Positions 28,852-38,387 of a stretch of DNA of 62,826 nucleotides are shown piece by piece; position 1 is the first letter of the stretch, and each line of letters opens with the position of its first letter. The notes under the pieces were generated by a model. That model saw only the letters and a list, made by a program, of their open reading frames with translations. It was not told the origin of the DNA and made no database searches. Origin of the DNA: Bdellovibrionota bacterium. Its GTDB lineage: Bacteria; Bdellovibrionota_C; UBA2361; JBGSMV01. Location: positions 1 to 62,826 of the forward strand of contig JBGSMV010000034.1 in the NCBI GenBank assembly GCA_041739995.1. The letters run 5' to 3'. Position numbers and translations under genes: made by a program.

Positions 28852-29564
28852 ACTCGAGTCCATTGCAGTAAGAATCTCTCTGGCCAAACCTTCTGCAATT
28901 TAAAATCAACGAGGCCTGCCTCTGACGCTAATTCCCGGATTTCCTCGATAGTGAATGCACCCTCAACAGATTTTAATGAGTCCGTGAGCACAACCGGGGA
29001 GCTGCAAAACATGCGCGTAGCCGCCCATGCTGCCACGTATCCAAGCGGTGAGCGAATCAGGTCAGTCACTAAAAAGCCTATCTTTGAGTGATCAGCCATC
29101 ATCTTCAGGAACGAGACTACTTGATGGTGTTCGAGGTGATGAAGGAAAAGGGAGCAAATAAATAGATCCGGGAGTGTGCCAGGGAATGCTTGTAATGCGT
29201 TATGTGCCTCAAAAGTACAATTTATTCCTAACGTTTCCGCTCTTGCGCGACACAAATTCAGGCTTTGCTCGTTGATATCTAACCCTAGTCCGGTGACGTC
29301 TACTCCACGGGTTGATAGCCGCCGAATCACCTCACACAGCACGTCAGCGCTACCGCATGCTACGTCGCAAATTTTGAGCGTGGTAATATTTTGCGCCTTA
29401 GCAATTTCGAATGAGGCATTGACGAACGGACGAAATGCGAAGCTAAGGCGGTTAAGAAACGCTAAGTCAGTAAGCGCAGATGAGAGCAGTCTCGGATCCA
29501 GTGAGACATCGTCCATCACCTCCTCGGTGCGATGGCGATGCTTAAGAAATTTTAGAATACTCAT
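28848..29564 (-). CDS. Class I SAM-dependent methyltransferase
   Basis: EEVMDD, DVACGSAD, SLFLHHL, DLIRS, AFT..E. Confidence 0.88.
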   Translation of the reverse strand: MSILKFLKHRHRTEEVMDDVSLDPRLLSSALTDLAFLNRLSFAFRPFVNASFEIAKAQNITTLKICDVACGSADVLCEVIRRLSTRGVDVTGLGLDINEQSLNLCRARAETLGINCTFEAHNALQAFPGTLPDLFICSLFLHHLEHHQVVSFLKMMADHSKIGFLVTDLIRSPLGYVAAWAATRMFCSSPVVLTDSLKSVEGAFTIEEIRELASEAGLVDFKLQKVWPERFLLQWTRV

Positions 29565-29793
29565 TTCGGGACTTCTAAGCATTTAGGGAAGAGAAGTAGG
29601 GTGGGTCCCAGAATGTCCTTTGCTCATAGAGTTTCATACAGCCAGAATTAGTACGCCAGGCACTCCTCCTCCTGAACGGTGCCTTGGGGACTTTTTAAAA
29701 AAATAGGAACATTTTTTCGAAACTGATCCAAAAACGCATCGTTGATGAGCGAGGGAGTATCGAGCTCATCGCCAGGAGGGTTTCTGCGGTCCA

Positions 29794-29810
29794 ATGGCCC
29801 CGTTCTTGCT
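29794..29810 (+). promoter_or_regulatory. Sigma-54 promoter
   Basis: ATGGCCCCGTTCTTGCT, GG-N10-GC. Confidence 0.6.
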
Positions 29811-29833
29811 CTCTGCTGTACAGGACCTTCAGA

Positions 29834-30964
29834 GTGCCCCCTATGGAACTGGTTGTAGATACTAAACATAAGTGCCGTCAGCTACTTGCAAAGGTAACCG
29901 CTCGGCAGCCGCTAGTCTTGGGGGTGGTCGCACTCTTCCTAGTCTGTTTCCTTACTCCTATTGGCGCTCATTGTCAGGTTTTCTTGAGAAGAAATGCCAT
30001 TCGGGTTCGCGCTGACTATCGACTCGTACGCAAGAATCGTAGAGCTTGTAAAGCAGATAAGTTGCTAATGCGATCGCGCATGTCGATGTGCGATCCAGAT
30101 CACGATCATCTTCCGAGCGTGAGGGAGTACCGCAGATACAAAACAAATTACCGCAAGCGTGACTCCGATGGAGACGGGCTCGATGACAATCTGGAAATTG
30201 CTCGATACGGAACCAAGCCACGAAAGTTCAATACAGACGGTGACGGATGCTCTGATGGTCAGGAGGTTCTCGTAACTGGTACGAATCCGCTGTTGGCCGA
30301 CTGTATTCTTGACCCTGAGAACATGCCGATTCCTGATCCCTCAAATACTCCGGTTCCAGAGCCGACTCCGTACGTGCCGCCTGCAACACCAACTCCGTAT
30401 GCGCCACCGACGCCATGCGCAGGAGGAAACTTTGATGGACAAGGCGATACGTCGGCATTTGGAATCCCAGCGCCGCTGATTGGAAACATCATGAGTGGAC
30501 AAGTTTTCTATTCACAGACTTGCGGTGCAGGCGGCTGCCACGGCAACACAGTGAGAAATCCTGGAATTCAGTTTGCTGACCTTAAGGGTAAGGTGACCAG
30601 TCCGCCCATGAGTCTTCCCGGAATTACCGACCAGTCATTCGCGCACTTAGTGGCCTATTTAAACCAGGCCAATGTAGGTGATTGTGGAATGGGAACGCCC
30701 ACACCGACTCCGACGCCCAACCCGGTACAGTATGGCGCCCAAATATTTACTTCTTCCTGCGCGCTTGGCGGCTGCCACTCGCTTAATTCTAATGGACGAC
30801 CTAACCGAATGGATCGGCACCCCTCAAGAAATTCTATTCATGAAGCCCTTTGGACTGGCCCTGATGAAATGCCACAATTTCGTCATTTTACGATTGGACG
30901 AGAGGCACCTCCTTATACCGTTCAAGAGGACGCGTTGTATCAATACCTGCAGAGTCTTCCGTAA
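29834..30964 (+). CDS. Secreted putative diheme cytochrome c with TSP3-like D-x-DGDG repeats
   Basis: DSDGDGLDD and TDGDGCSDGQE repeats, PT linkers, CGAGGCH and CALGGCH, FAHLVAYLN. Confidence 0.7.
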   Translation: MPPMELVVDTKHKCRQLLAKVTARQPLVLGVVALFLVCFLTPIGAHCQVFLRRNAIRVRADYRLVRKNRRACKADKLLMRSRMSMCDPDHDHLPSVREYRRYKTNYRKRDSDGDGLDDNLEIARYGTKPRKFNTDGDGCSDGQEVLVTGTNPLLADCILDPENMPIPDPSNTPVPEPTPYVPPATPTPYAPPTPCAGGNFDGQGDTSAFGIPAPLIGNIMSGQVFYSQTCGAGGCHGNTVRNPGIQFADLKGKVTSPPMSLPGITDQSFAHLVAYLNQANVGDCGMGTPTPTPTPNPVQYGAQIFTSSCALGGCHSLNSNGRPNRMDRHPSRNSIHEALWTGPDEMPQFRHFTIGREAPPYTVQEDALYQYLQSLP

Positions 30965-31001
30965 GAGTACTTTCGACTCCTGATTAGCTTAAAAATCTGG
31001 G

Positions 31002-31829
31002 CTACGACATGCGCAACGAGAAAAGTTTAAGCAGCTTGCGAAAGTCTTCAGGGAGAGGGGCCTGGACTGCAATTTTAAGAGCAGGAAGTTTCAGTCTCCA
31101 AGCATGCAGCATCTGCCTAGTTATCTCTCGTTCGATGCGTTGACTGCGAGCAGAAGTTCCATATTGCTTGTCGCCTGCGATAGTGATCCCTAGTACCTCC
31201 AGGTGTTTTCGAATTTGGTGCATGCGACCAGTCACTAGTGCGGCTTTGATAAGGCTTGCTTTCGGAGAGGAGTCCACAAGGGCAAATCGACTGAGCGCCG
31301 GCTTCCCGCCCAAAGCAACAGACACTTCGCCAAGCTTTCTTGGTGGAGGGCCCACCGAAATAAGCAAATATTCTTTGATGACGTGTTTCGAGGAAAACTC
31401 TTCGATAGCTTTGTTGCGCGCAGGCTCATTGCGCGCGAATAGCAAACACCCCGAAGTGTCTTTGTCGAGTCGATGCACTGCGCGAATTCCTGGCTCTCTT
31501 CTTGTCGTGCGCAACTCTGATTCTACGCTATCTGCGCCGTCTGAGACTTTGCCGACTGGTTTATCAACCACAAAAAAATCTTTAGTTTCGAGCAGTATCT
31601 TTAGTTCTACTGCCTCGTCTGTTGGTTCGGATGCTTGGACTTCGATCTGATCTCCGCGACGTACCGTGTGCTTGGCCATCCAGATACGACGCGTGTTCAC
31701 AAAGACTCTGCGCTCATCCAGCAAGCTCTTGGCGATCTTCTTGGAACACTCGAGGTGTTCCGCAAGCACGTCAATAAGCGCTTTTCCCTCATGGGCTCGT
31801 GATACGGTGAAACGTTTGGCTGAAGTCAT
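31002..31829 (-). CDS. RluA-family pseudouridine synthase
   Basis: VHRLDKDTSG, TGRMHQIRKH, QMLHA; S4-like N-terminus. Confidence 0.92.
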   Translation of the reverse strand: MTSAKRFTVSRAHEGKALIDVLAEHLECSKKIAKSLLDERRVFVNTRRIWMAKHTVRRGDQIEVQASEPTDEAVELKILLETKDFFVVDKPVGKVSDGADSVESELRTTRREPGIRAVHRLDKDTSGCLLFARNEPARNKAIEEFSSKHVIKEYLLISVGPPPRKLGEVSVALGGKPALSRFALVDSSPKASLIKAALVTGRMHQIRKHLEVLGITIAGDKQYGTSARSQRIEREITRQMLHAWRLKLPALKIAVQAPLPEDFRKLLKLFSLRMS

Positions 31830-32650
31830 GCGATGCTAATCCGACCGCGTTTGGTCTTTTGAATCAAGCGCTCTTCCACCAAGGAATCGATAATATTGGC
31901 AACATCGTAGCCTTTATTTTCAACATGACGTGAAAGCTGCCCTATGGTTAGGGGACCACTCTCTAAAAGTTGCTTGATAATCGCCCCGCGGACTTGTCTT
32001 CGGGAACCCTGAAAGCGGGTTTGCGGGCGATAGTGGGCGCTGCGGTGATGTACCGCCTGCGTGGAGCCTTTCAGTGATACTCCATAATCCATCAGCGCAT
32101 AGAACCATTTTCTTGGATTACGCCGCCATAATGTTGCTTCTACGAGAGCTAGAATCTCTTTGTCCGAAACTCTCGTGCGACGAGGAAAAAAGTGATGCAA
32201 ATATATCGTACGAATATTGGTCTCAATCATTGGTACAGCTGCGTTGAAAGCGAATGTCATGACCGCTGCGGCGGTATAAGGTCCGATGCCAGGGAGCGCT
32301 TGCAGTGCCTCCAGCGTGTCCGGCAGTTTGCCGCCATGATCTTTGACCACGACTTGTGCAAGTTGATGAAGAAACTTTGCGCGACGATTGTACCCAAGGC
32401 CCTGCCAAAGGATTAGCACCTCCCGAAGTGGCGCTCGTGCCAAAGAGGATAGAGTAGGGAATCGGCGGAGAAAGCGTTTGTAGTAGATTTCTACTCGCTG
32501 CGTTTGAGTCTGCTGAAGCATCACCTCAGAGACTAAAATTGCGTAACGATCACGGGTTTCACGCCATGGAAACTTGCGCCCCCGGCGCGCGAAGAAGCGG
32601 CGCACCAGGGCTTGGAACTGAAGGATTTGGGCTCGATTTGGTGGCGACAT
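31826..32650 (-). CDS. mutY: A/G-specific adenine glycosylase, short form
   Basis: FPWR, VSEVMLQQTQ, WQGLGYNRRA, LPGIGPYTA, ALMDYG. No Fe-S Cys motif. Confidence 0.8.
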   Translation of the reverse strand: MSPPNRAQILQFQALVRRFFARRGRKFPWRETRDRYAILVSEVMLQQTQTQRVEIYYKRFLRRFPTLSSLARAPLREVLILWQGLGYNRRAKFLHQLAQVVVKDHGGKLPDTLEALQALPGIGPYTAAAVMTFAFNAAVPMIETNIRTIYLHHFFPRRTRVSDKEILALVEATLWRRNPRKWFYALMDYGVSLKGSTQAVHHRSAHYRPQTRFQGSRRQVRGAIIKQLLESGPLTIGQLSRHVENKGYDVANIIDSLVEERLIQKTKRGRISIA

Positions 32651-32759
32651 TTGGCTTCGTAAAGGAGCGCGGCACTCACTTGGGCGCCCAGGGGGATAAT
32701 TAGCTGAGATAACACACTGTATTCTCAGTAACCATTGTGAAGGTCTTCAGGTCTCGCGC

Positions 32760-32776
32760 TAGGAACAAATCTTGCA
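32760..32776 (+). promoter_or_regulatory. Possible sigma-54 promoter
   Basis: TAGGAACAAATCTTGCA, GG-N10-GC, upstream of an Flp-like gene. Confidence 0.4.
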
Positions 32777-32813
32777 TTTTAAGGACGTTATCTTAGCTGG
32801 TCGGTGGGGTTTT

Positions 32814-33122
32814 ATGTGCGTTTCGTTTCAGTCTCGTGCCTATGGCATGAGGCGTGCGCCTGACTTTGGCGCATGCCTTGTCGAGTATCTTTTACTCATA
32901 CTATTCGCGTTTTCATTCGCGTTGGTTGTTCTTCCTGCGTTTACTGAGCGGCTTTCGTTCGCCTTAGCGGGTGGCCTCAATCCGTCGATCAATCTGATGT
33001 CGATGGAAGGGGGCGGCTCGACCTCAAATAACGGGGGCGATGCCTCGACCGGTGGCCCGTGTGGTCTCCCCGGCCAAGACCCGTGTCCCGACGAGCCTGA
33101 TGCCCCGGATCTTCCAGACTAG
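32814..33122 (+). CDS. Flp/type IVb-like prepilin with Gly/Cys/Pro-rich tail
   Basis: G|ACLVEY plus hydrophobic helix; GGGSTSNN...PCGLPGQDPCP. Confidence 0.6.
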   Translation: MCVSFQSRAYGMRRAPDFGACLVEYLLLILFAFSFALVVLPAFTERLSFALAGGLNPSINLMSMEGGGSTSNNGGDASTGGPCGLPGQDPCPDEPDAPDLPD

Positions 33123-33456
33123 AGCGAGTGTGGCTAAGTCTAGGCGGCGGTCTGTGAAGCGAGAACCAGCAGTAGCAACGCCAGGAGCGGTTCAGCGTCC
33201 GCTTGGGCCTGTTTATGGATTATGGCTGGGTGGATGACACTGGCCCTGAAATATAATACCTTTCGTCGTCCATTTAAGTACCAACTTGCTGATATGAGCC
33301 CTACAATTGGCGGGAAATATATCGCTCGCATCGAGCAGATAGTAAACCGCTATCGCGCGTTTTCTTAGGGTTCGTCACCAATTCCTTCCGTCTGGAACGC
33401 CTCCTGAACTTGCGGCACACACCTTTACAAAACGAGCGCTTATCATCTTTACCACC

Positions 33457-34116
33457 GTGATGATGGCCACCGTTCTTGCTGGCGTGTTGTTCGATTCTCT
33501 GAGGATCGGCTGGGCCTTCGGTGAAGGCGATCTCATGACTTGGACCTCGGTCTTTCTTCTCTTCATCGCCTCCTACCTGTCACATAAAATTTGGCATGTC
33601 CGGTCCGCGGGAAGACCGTTCTCTAAATTAGAGGGACACGCGCTTTGGCGGCTGCTCGGCTACGGATTCTGCTTTCTCGCGCTTGATGACTTATTCCGGA
33701 TTCACGAGACTACTGATAATACACTTCACAAGATCGCTGGTGTGAAACCCTCCGACCTCACGGACCATTTCGATGACGCGATCATAGCGATGTACGGAAT
33801 AGTAGGACTTTATTGGCTTATCAAGTATCGCCGCGAATTGTTTCAGTACCTCAATCTTTGGCGTTACCTGCTTGGGGCTGCTCTTTGCACAATTGCCACG
33901 GTAATGTTTGACTTTGTGAGCAGTAGTAAGTCTGTCTTGATGGAGGTCCTACGCGATCCAGAGCACGTGCAGTTGACGATCGCTATTACCGATGTGGTCG
34001 AAGAATTTTTTAAAATTTATGCTGAGGTCTTCTTCGTCGGCGGATTTCTTGCTCTATTTACGCGGGTGAGTATTAAGGCTCATCAACGAGCTACAACCCA
34101 AGGCGCGGCAGCATAA
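33457..34116 (+). CDS. Hypothetical multi-pass membrane protein
   Basis: About 6 hydrophobic segments; FLALDD...IHE and EEFFK motifs. Start uncertain. Confidence 0.7.
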   Translation: MMMATVLAGVLFDSLRIGWAFGEGDLMTWTSVFLLFIASYLSHKIWHVRSAGRPFSKLEGHALWRLLGYGFCFLALDDLFRIHETTDNTLHKIAGVKPSDLTDHFDDAIIAMYGIVGLYWLIKYRRELFQYLNLWRYLLGAALCTIATVMFDFVSSSKSVLMEVLRDPEHVQLTIAITDVVEEFFKIYAEVFFVGGFLALFTRVSIKAHQRATTQGAAA

Positions 34117-34169
34117 CCGAGCGCGTCCAGTCTCGTGCCCTGCATTGCGCAGATGACCTTGGGCAATTT

Positions 34170-35381
34170 TTAGAATTCAGGGGCATGGGGAGGCAGTCCC
34201 GCGATCCTGCGCGAATATAGGTCGATGCCCGATCTCGCGCTAGTTCCGTGCGCAAATATGCTCATTAGTATCGTTACGGTTGCGGCCAAGAGGATCGTTA
34301 GTTCCCCGAGCTGGTGCGCCTCGTGCAAATAAACAAGAGCGAGGACTATCGATGCCAGTCCTCGTGGCCCAAACCACCCCATAAAAAAGACAGTCGCGCG
34401 GCTCAGGCCTGTTCCCCAAAGTGCGATGGCCACGGGGAGTATGCGCACGATGGTCAGGCTCAGAACGCCGTAGACAACATGTTCCATGCTAAACTGTTCC
34501 CAGTGACGAGCTGCTACCACGCCAAATAACAGGAAAACCGACAGGTTTATAAGCTCGCCCCACTCCTCGGTAAACTCCACGCTGTGTTTCCCTGCGGGTT
34601 TGAACCTGACTTGGACGGCGAGCCCGGCGACAAAGGCTGCAATGAACATACTGGCCCCCTGATGTCTCGAGGCAAGTATGCACAGTAGCGGCAAGGCAAC
34701 CACTGCAAGCTGCTGTCGAGATGGTGCCATCCACTTTAGGTGAGATGCGAGGTGAATCAGCCAGCCGCCAAGCAGTCCAATGGCGAGCCCGATGCCAGTC
34801 CCCACAACAAGTTGCTCAACGAGATAGCGCCATAGACTTGCATGAGAATCGCCTCCACCGATTCCAGCGAGTGCCATGAAAAACAGCAGAAACGGCACAG
34901 ATAAACCGTCATTGAGCCCCGCTTCTACATTGAGCGTTTGGCGTACCCGCGTAGGCACGCGCTTGTCATTCACAATGATCTGCCCGAGTCCCGCGTCGGT
35001 CGGAGCAAGTATGGCTGCCAGTATGCCCGCTTCCCAGAATGTCATGCTTGGGAATATCAACAAGGCAGCGCCGCCACCGAGAACGATTGTCAGCAGCATG
35101 CCGAAACTTAAAAGCCTGGTCGGTAGGCTGCGAATGCTTTTAAGGAGGTTCAGATCCGTGCGACTGGCATCGGTAAACAACAACATGACGAGACCGATTT
35201 CCGCCAAGTGGAGAAATAATGAGTAGTTGCCTTGGCGGTACTCCAGTCCGGGAATCAGGATAAAGGCGAGGGCACCAACCGCCGTGAATATAATCGGAGC
35301 GGTTATAATCGTTTGAGCGAGGCGGGAAGAGACGAGGCTGTATAGAAATAAGAGAGCGACGAAAACCACTATGAGCGTCAT
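34170..35381 (-). CDS. Cation:proton antiporter (CPA1/NhaP-like)
   Basis: LAPTDAGLG, EAGLNDG, GWFGPRGLASI. Confidence 0.9.
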   Translation of the reverse strand: MTLIVVFVALLFLYSLVSSRLAQTIITAPIIFTAVGALAFILIPGLEYRQGNYSLFLHLAEIGLVMLLFTDASRTDLNLLKSIRSLPTRLLSFGMLLTIVLGGGAALLIFPSMTFWEAGILAAILAPTDAGLGQIIVNDKRVPTRVRQTLNVEAGLNDGLSVPFLLFFMALAGIGGGDSHASLWRYLVEQLVVGTGIGLAIGLLGGWLIHLASHLKWMAPSRQQLAVVALPLLCILASRHQGASMFIAAFVAGLAVQVRFKPAGKHSVEFTEEWGELINLSVFLLFGVVAARHWEQFSMEHVVYGVLSLTIVRILPVAIALWGTGLSRATVFFMGWFGPRGLASIVLALVYLHEAHQLGELTILLAATVTILMSIFAHGTSARSGIDLYSRRIAGLPPHAPEF

Positions 35382-35519
35382 GTCGCCGATATTAAGGATG
35401 CGCAGCTTAAGGCGATAGATGGTTTCTCTCGGTCTTCAGACTGGACTCAGTGGTCCTTTAGAACTCTCGGTCGCGCTGACAGAAATGGGGCTTAAGCCCC
35501 TATAATCTAGAGGCCTAAA

Positions 35520-36896
35520 CTAAATAATACGAACTTCGTAGTTTAGAATAATTCTAAAATCCTTGGTGGTGCCGACGCTGTCTTCGTGTACGAGGCCCGT
35601 TCGAAAGCGTAGCCAAAAGCTCTTAAGCAGTCCTTCCTTGATACGGTAGTCGACGTTGAAGTCTGTCTCACTCTTATCAGGAAGACTTTCCTTGCTGTCG
35701 CTTACTGCGCCATCGCCTTGGATATAATCGACGTAAGCACTTAGGCCATCGACACCGACGCCTATGAAGTCGTAGGAAAGACCAACTTTCCACGCCACTT
35801 CGCCTGCGCGGTTAAAGTCTTCTACGATGGAAGAGTTAAAGCCCGGGTATGAGCCATACGGTGCGATTAAGGTTCTGCCCTCGTCGTTCACGGTTACGGC
35901 AGCGCGTACCATGAAATTTTGAAAGCTCAATGCTTCTTGGACACCCCACATTCCGACCGATACGTCCGTGCCGCCGGTGAGGAGATCGTCCCCAATACTT
36001 CGTTGCTCAGAAAATTGTACCGCAGATTTGAGCGACCAATCGTCAGAGAACTTTAAAACATGCTCAGCGTCGGTATAGAAGAAGTTTAGATAATCGAGAC
36101 CCGCAAAGTTCACTGCGGTAATCTTTATGTCGTCTGTGGGACGAAATCTAACACCGGCCCACGGCATACCACGGTCGCCGTTTGTTACCCCTGCACCCTC
36201 TGACATGGAAACAAATGTGTCTGAGTTGCGCTTCTTGATTTTATCAATATATCCAGCGCCAAACTGGAAGCGAGGCTTATCGCCCTCGCCTAGATAGCCG
36301 TACGAATAGCTCTCAAAGGTGTTTGGCGTCATTCGATTTTCTTGACTGTTCACATACGGGAACTCATGGCGCTGACGATAAAGCGATAAGGCCTGCCCTT
36401 CATAGTCGAAGCGTGGGTTCGCTACGCCAATCACTGTGTAGCCCTCTTGTCCTGGTTCGAGCAGTAATGCCCCGTCTTTATCGTCTGGACCGTACAGTTT
36501 CTGCGAAGTGAAGAGCTCGGAGCCGATGCTGAAAACATCGTAAAGCTTTCCGGTCTTTAGTGCGGCGGATCCGCCCAATGCCCAGGAAATCTTCTCCTTG
36601 TCGTTTCCCGAATCATCTGCGCCGTCTTGGCGTGCGAAGTAGAAGCTTCGAAGGTTGAGCTTCAGGGTCGTATCTCGAATGAAAGGAGTGCTCTCAGAAA
36701 GCTCCTTTCTCCAATCCCAGGGAGCTTTTTCCGGCGTTGGCGGAAGCTCGAAGGCCTCGCTTGATGGAATTCCGAATGATTCAGCGTCCCCTGCGATTGA
36801 CTCTGCATCAAGTACTGACTCTTGAGCGACGGCAACGCTACAAAAGAAAACGAAAATCGCAACGAATAGGATCGTGCGAGAAGACCTGCGATTCAT
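35520..36896 (-). CDS. OprD-family outer-membrane porin
   Basis: Signal peptide, LRSFYF, NRMTPNTFE, FNRAGE.AW, C-terminal FRIILNY. Confidence 0.8.
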   Translation of the reverse strand: MNRRSSRTILFVAIFVFFCSVAVAQESVLDAESIAGDAESFGIPSSEAFELPPTPEKAPWDWRKELSESTPFIRDTTLKLNLRSFYFARQDGADDSGNDKEKISWALGGSAALKTGKLYDVFSIGSELFTSQKLYGPDDKDGALLLEPGQEGYTVIGVANPRFDYEGQALSLYRQRHEFPYVNSQENRMTPNTFESYSYGYLGEGDKPRFQFGAGYIDKIKKRNSDTFVSMSEGAGVTNGDRGMPWAGVRFRPTDDIKITAVNFAGLDYLNFFYTDAEHVLKFSDDWSLKSAVQFSEQRSIGDDLLTGGTDVSVGMWGVQEALSFQNFMVRAAVTVNDEGRTLIAPYGSYPGFNSSIVEDFNRAGEVAWKVGLSYDFIGVGVDGLSAYVDYIQGDGAVSDSKESLPDKSETDFNVDYRIKEGLLKSFWLRFRTGLVHEDSVGTTKDFRIILNYEVRII

Positions 36897-36905
36897 AAAC
36901 CTCCT

Positions 36906-38234
36906 CTAATAGAATATCTTTGCGATTCCCAATCCAGTGACGACTGCAACTATGGTCGCGACTAGACCAGGAAGCATGAAGCTGTGGTTCAAAACATACT
37001 TGCCGATGCCGGTAGTGCCGGTTTGGTCAAATGAAATTGCCGCGACAATCGTTCCGTATGTTGGCAGGAGGAAGTACCCGTTTACCGCGGGAAACATGGC
37101 GATCAGGAACGGTAATGGAATGCCGAGCGAAACGCCGACATGCATCAGTGCGGCAACCGTAGCAGCTTGGCTGTAAAGGAGAATCGAAAGTGCAAACAAC
37201 CCCACAGAGAAAATCCATGGTCTGGCTTCAATCACGCCTGAGATTTCAGCTACGACTTCTTTTTGGAAGGCTTCGAAGAAGGTGCTGCCAAGCCAAGCGA
37301 TTCCAAGAATAGAAATCAGAGCGACAACGCCGGCGCGCATTACCGAGCCGCCTACGATTGCGTCTGATTTTGCTCCACAGAAGAGCATCAGAAGACCAGC
37401 GCAAGTAAGCATTACGATTTCAATCGTATGCGCCATGCCAAGCTTGGCGGTCGTCTCACCCGTGACGAAGCTGGGGCGAAGCTCAGGCAGCAACCCTAAA
37501 AGTACCACGCCAACTACTGCTACTCCGAAGATCCACACTGCTCTCATTGCCCGAGCGTCAGCCGCAGGGTTCTTTTCGCATGCCCTGAGATTCAAGTCAG
37601 AAATTTTGCCGCTCTTCAAAAGTGCTTGGTACTGAGGGTCGTCGGCGAGTTCTAGTCCTTTCTTCCACACCGAGAAGGCGCCGATGCTGACCCCAAGTAA
37701 GGTTGCGGGGAGACAAATGAACAAAATATCAGCGAGTCCTAAAGTCGAATTGTTCGCTGCCAGTAGGGCTAGCATGCCGGCCGTCGCCGCTGAAATTGGA
37801 CTCGCGGTAATCGCCTGCTGCGAAGCAATAACTGAAATAGACATTGGGCGCTCAGGCCGAACTCCTGCCTTGCGCGAAACTTCGGCAATAACCGGAAGTA
37901 GTGAATAGGCGACGTGTCCGGTGCCTGCGAAGAAGGTAAAGAAGTAACTAACGATTGGGGCAACGAAGGTAATTGCCGCCGGTTTTTGCCGAATAATTTT
38001 TTCAGCCCAGACCACCAGTAGGTCTAGTCCGCCTGCTGCTTGCAACGCGGCCGCGGCGGTAATGACCGCCACGATAATGAAGATAACGTCTATGGGGAGA
38101 GCGCCGGGCGCGTTACCAAATCCGAAGATCAGTACCACCAAGCCGAGTGCGGCCATCGCTCCGAGGCCGATGCCTCCCAGACGTGCACCAAGAAAGATTG
38201 CGAACAGAACAATTGCGAGCTCTATCCAAAACAT
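36906..38234 (-). CDS. dcuA: Anaerobic C4-dicarboxylate transporter (DcuA/DcuB family)
   Basis: GARLGGIGLG, AGTGHVAYSLLPVIAEV, ITASPISAA, IGKYVLNHSFM. Follows aspA. Confidence 0.88.
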   Translation of the reverse strand: MFWIELAIVLFAIFLGARLGGIGLGAMAALGLVVLIFGFGNAPGALPIDVIFIIVAVITAAAALQAAGGLDLLVVWAEKIIRQKPAAITFVAPIVSYFFTFFAGTGHVAYSLLPVIAEVSRKAGVRPERPMSISVIASQQAITASPISAATAGMLALLAANNSTLGLADILFICLPATLLGVSIGAFSVWKKGLELADDPQYQALLKSGKISDLNLRACEKNPAADARAMRAVWIFGVAVVGVVLLGLLPELRPSFVTGETTAKLGMAHTIEIVMLTCAGLLMLFCGAKSDAIVGGSVMRAGVVALISILGIAWLGSTFFEAFQKEVVAEISGVIEARPWIFSVGLFALSILLYSQAATVAALMHVGVSLGIPLPFLIAMFPAVNGYFLLPTYGTIVAAISFDQTGTTGIGKYVLNHSFMLPGLVATIVAVVTGLGIAKIFY

Positions 38235-38387
38235 AACACCCCTAATCTTTTGCAAAACTCTTCGTGTGGTGAGGCGATTAAGGAGATATTTGGTCAGGAT
38301 AGCTAGCAACAAATAGCTTGGCGTAAACTCCTTAACAGCAGGCGGCGGATGCCGCACTAAGCAACGCGTTCATCAGCGCTAGAAAAT

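Noticed and set aside
33294..33456. Possible frameshifted 5' part of the 33457 membrane gene
   Set aside because: An upstream ATG and open frame exist, but no homology evidence is available to join them.
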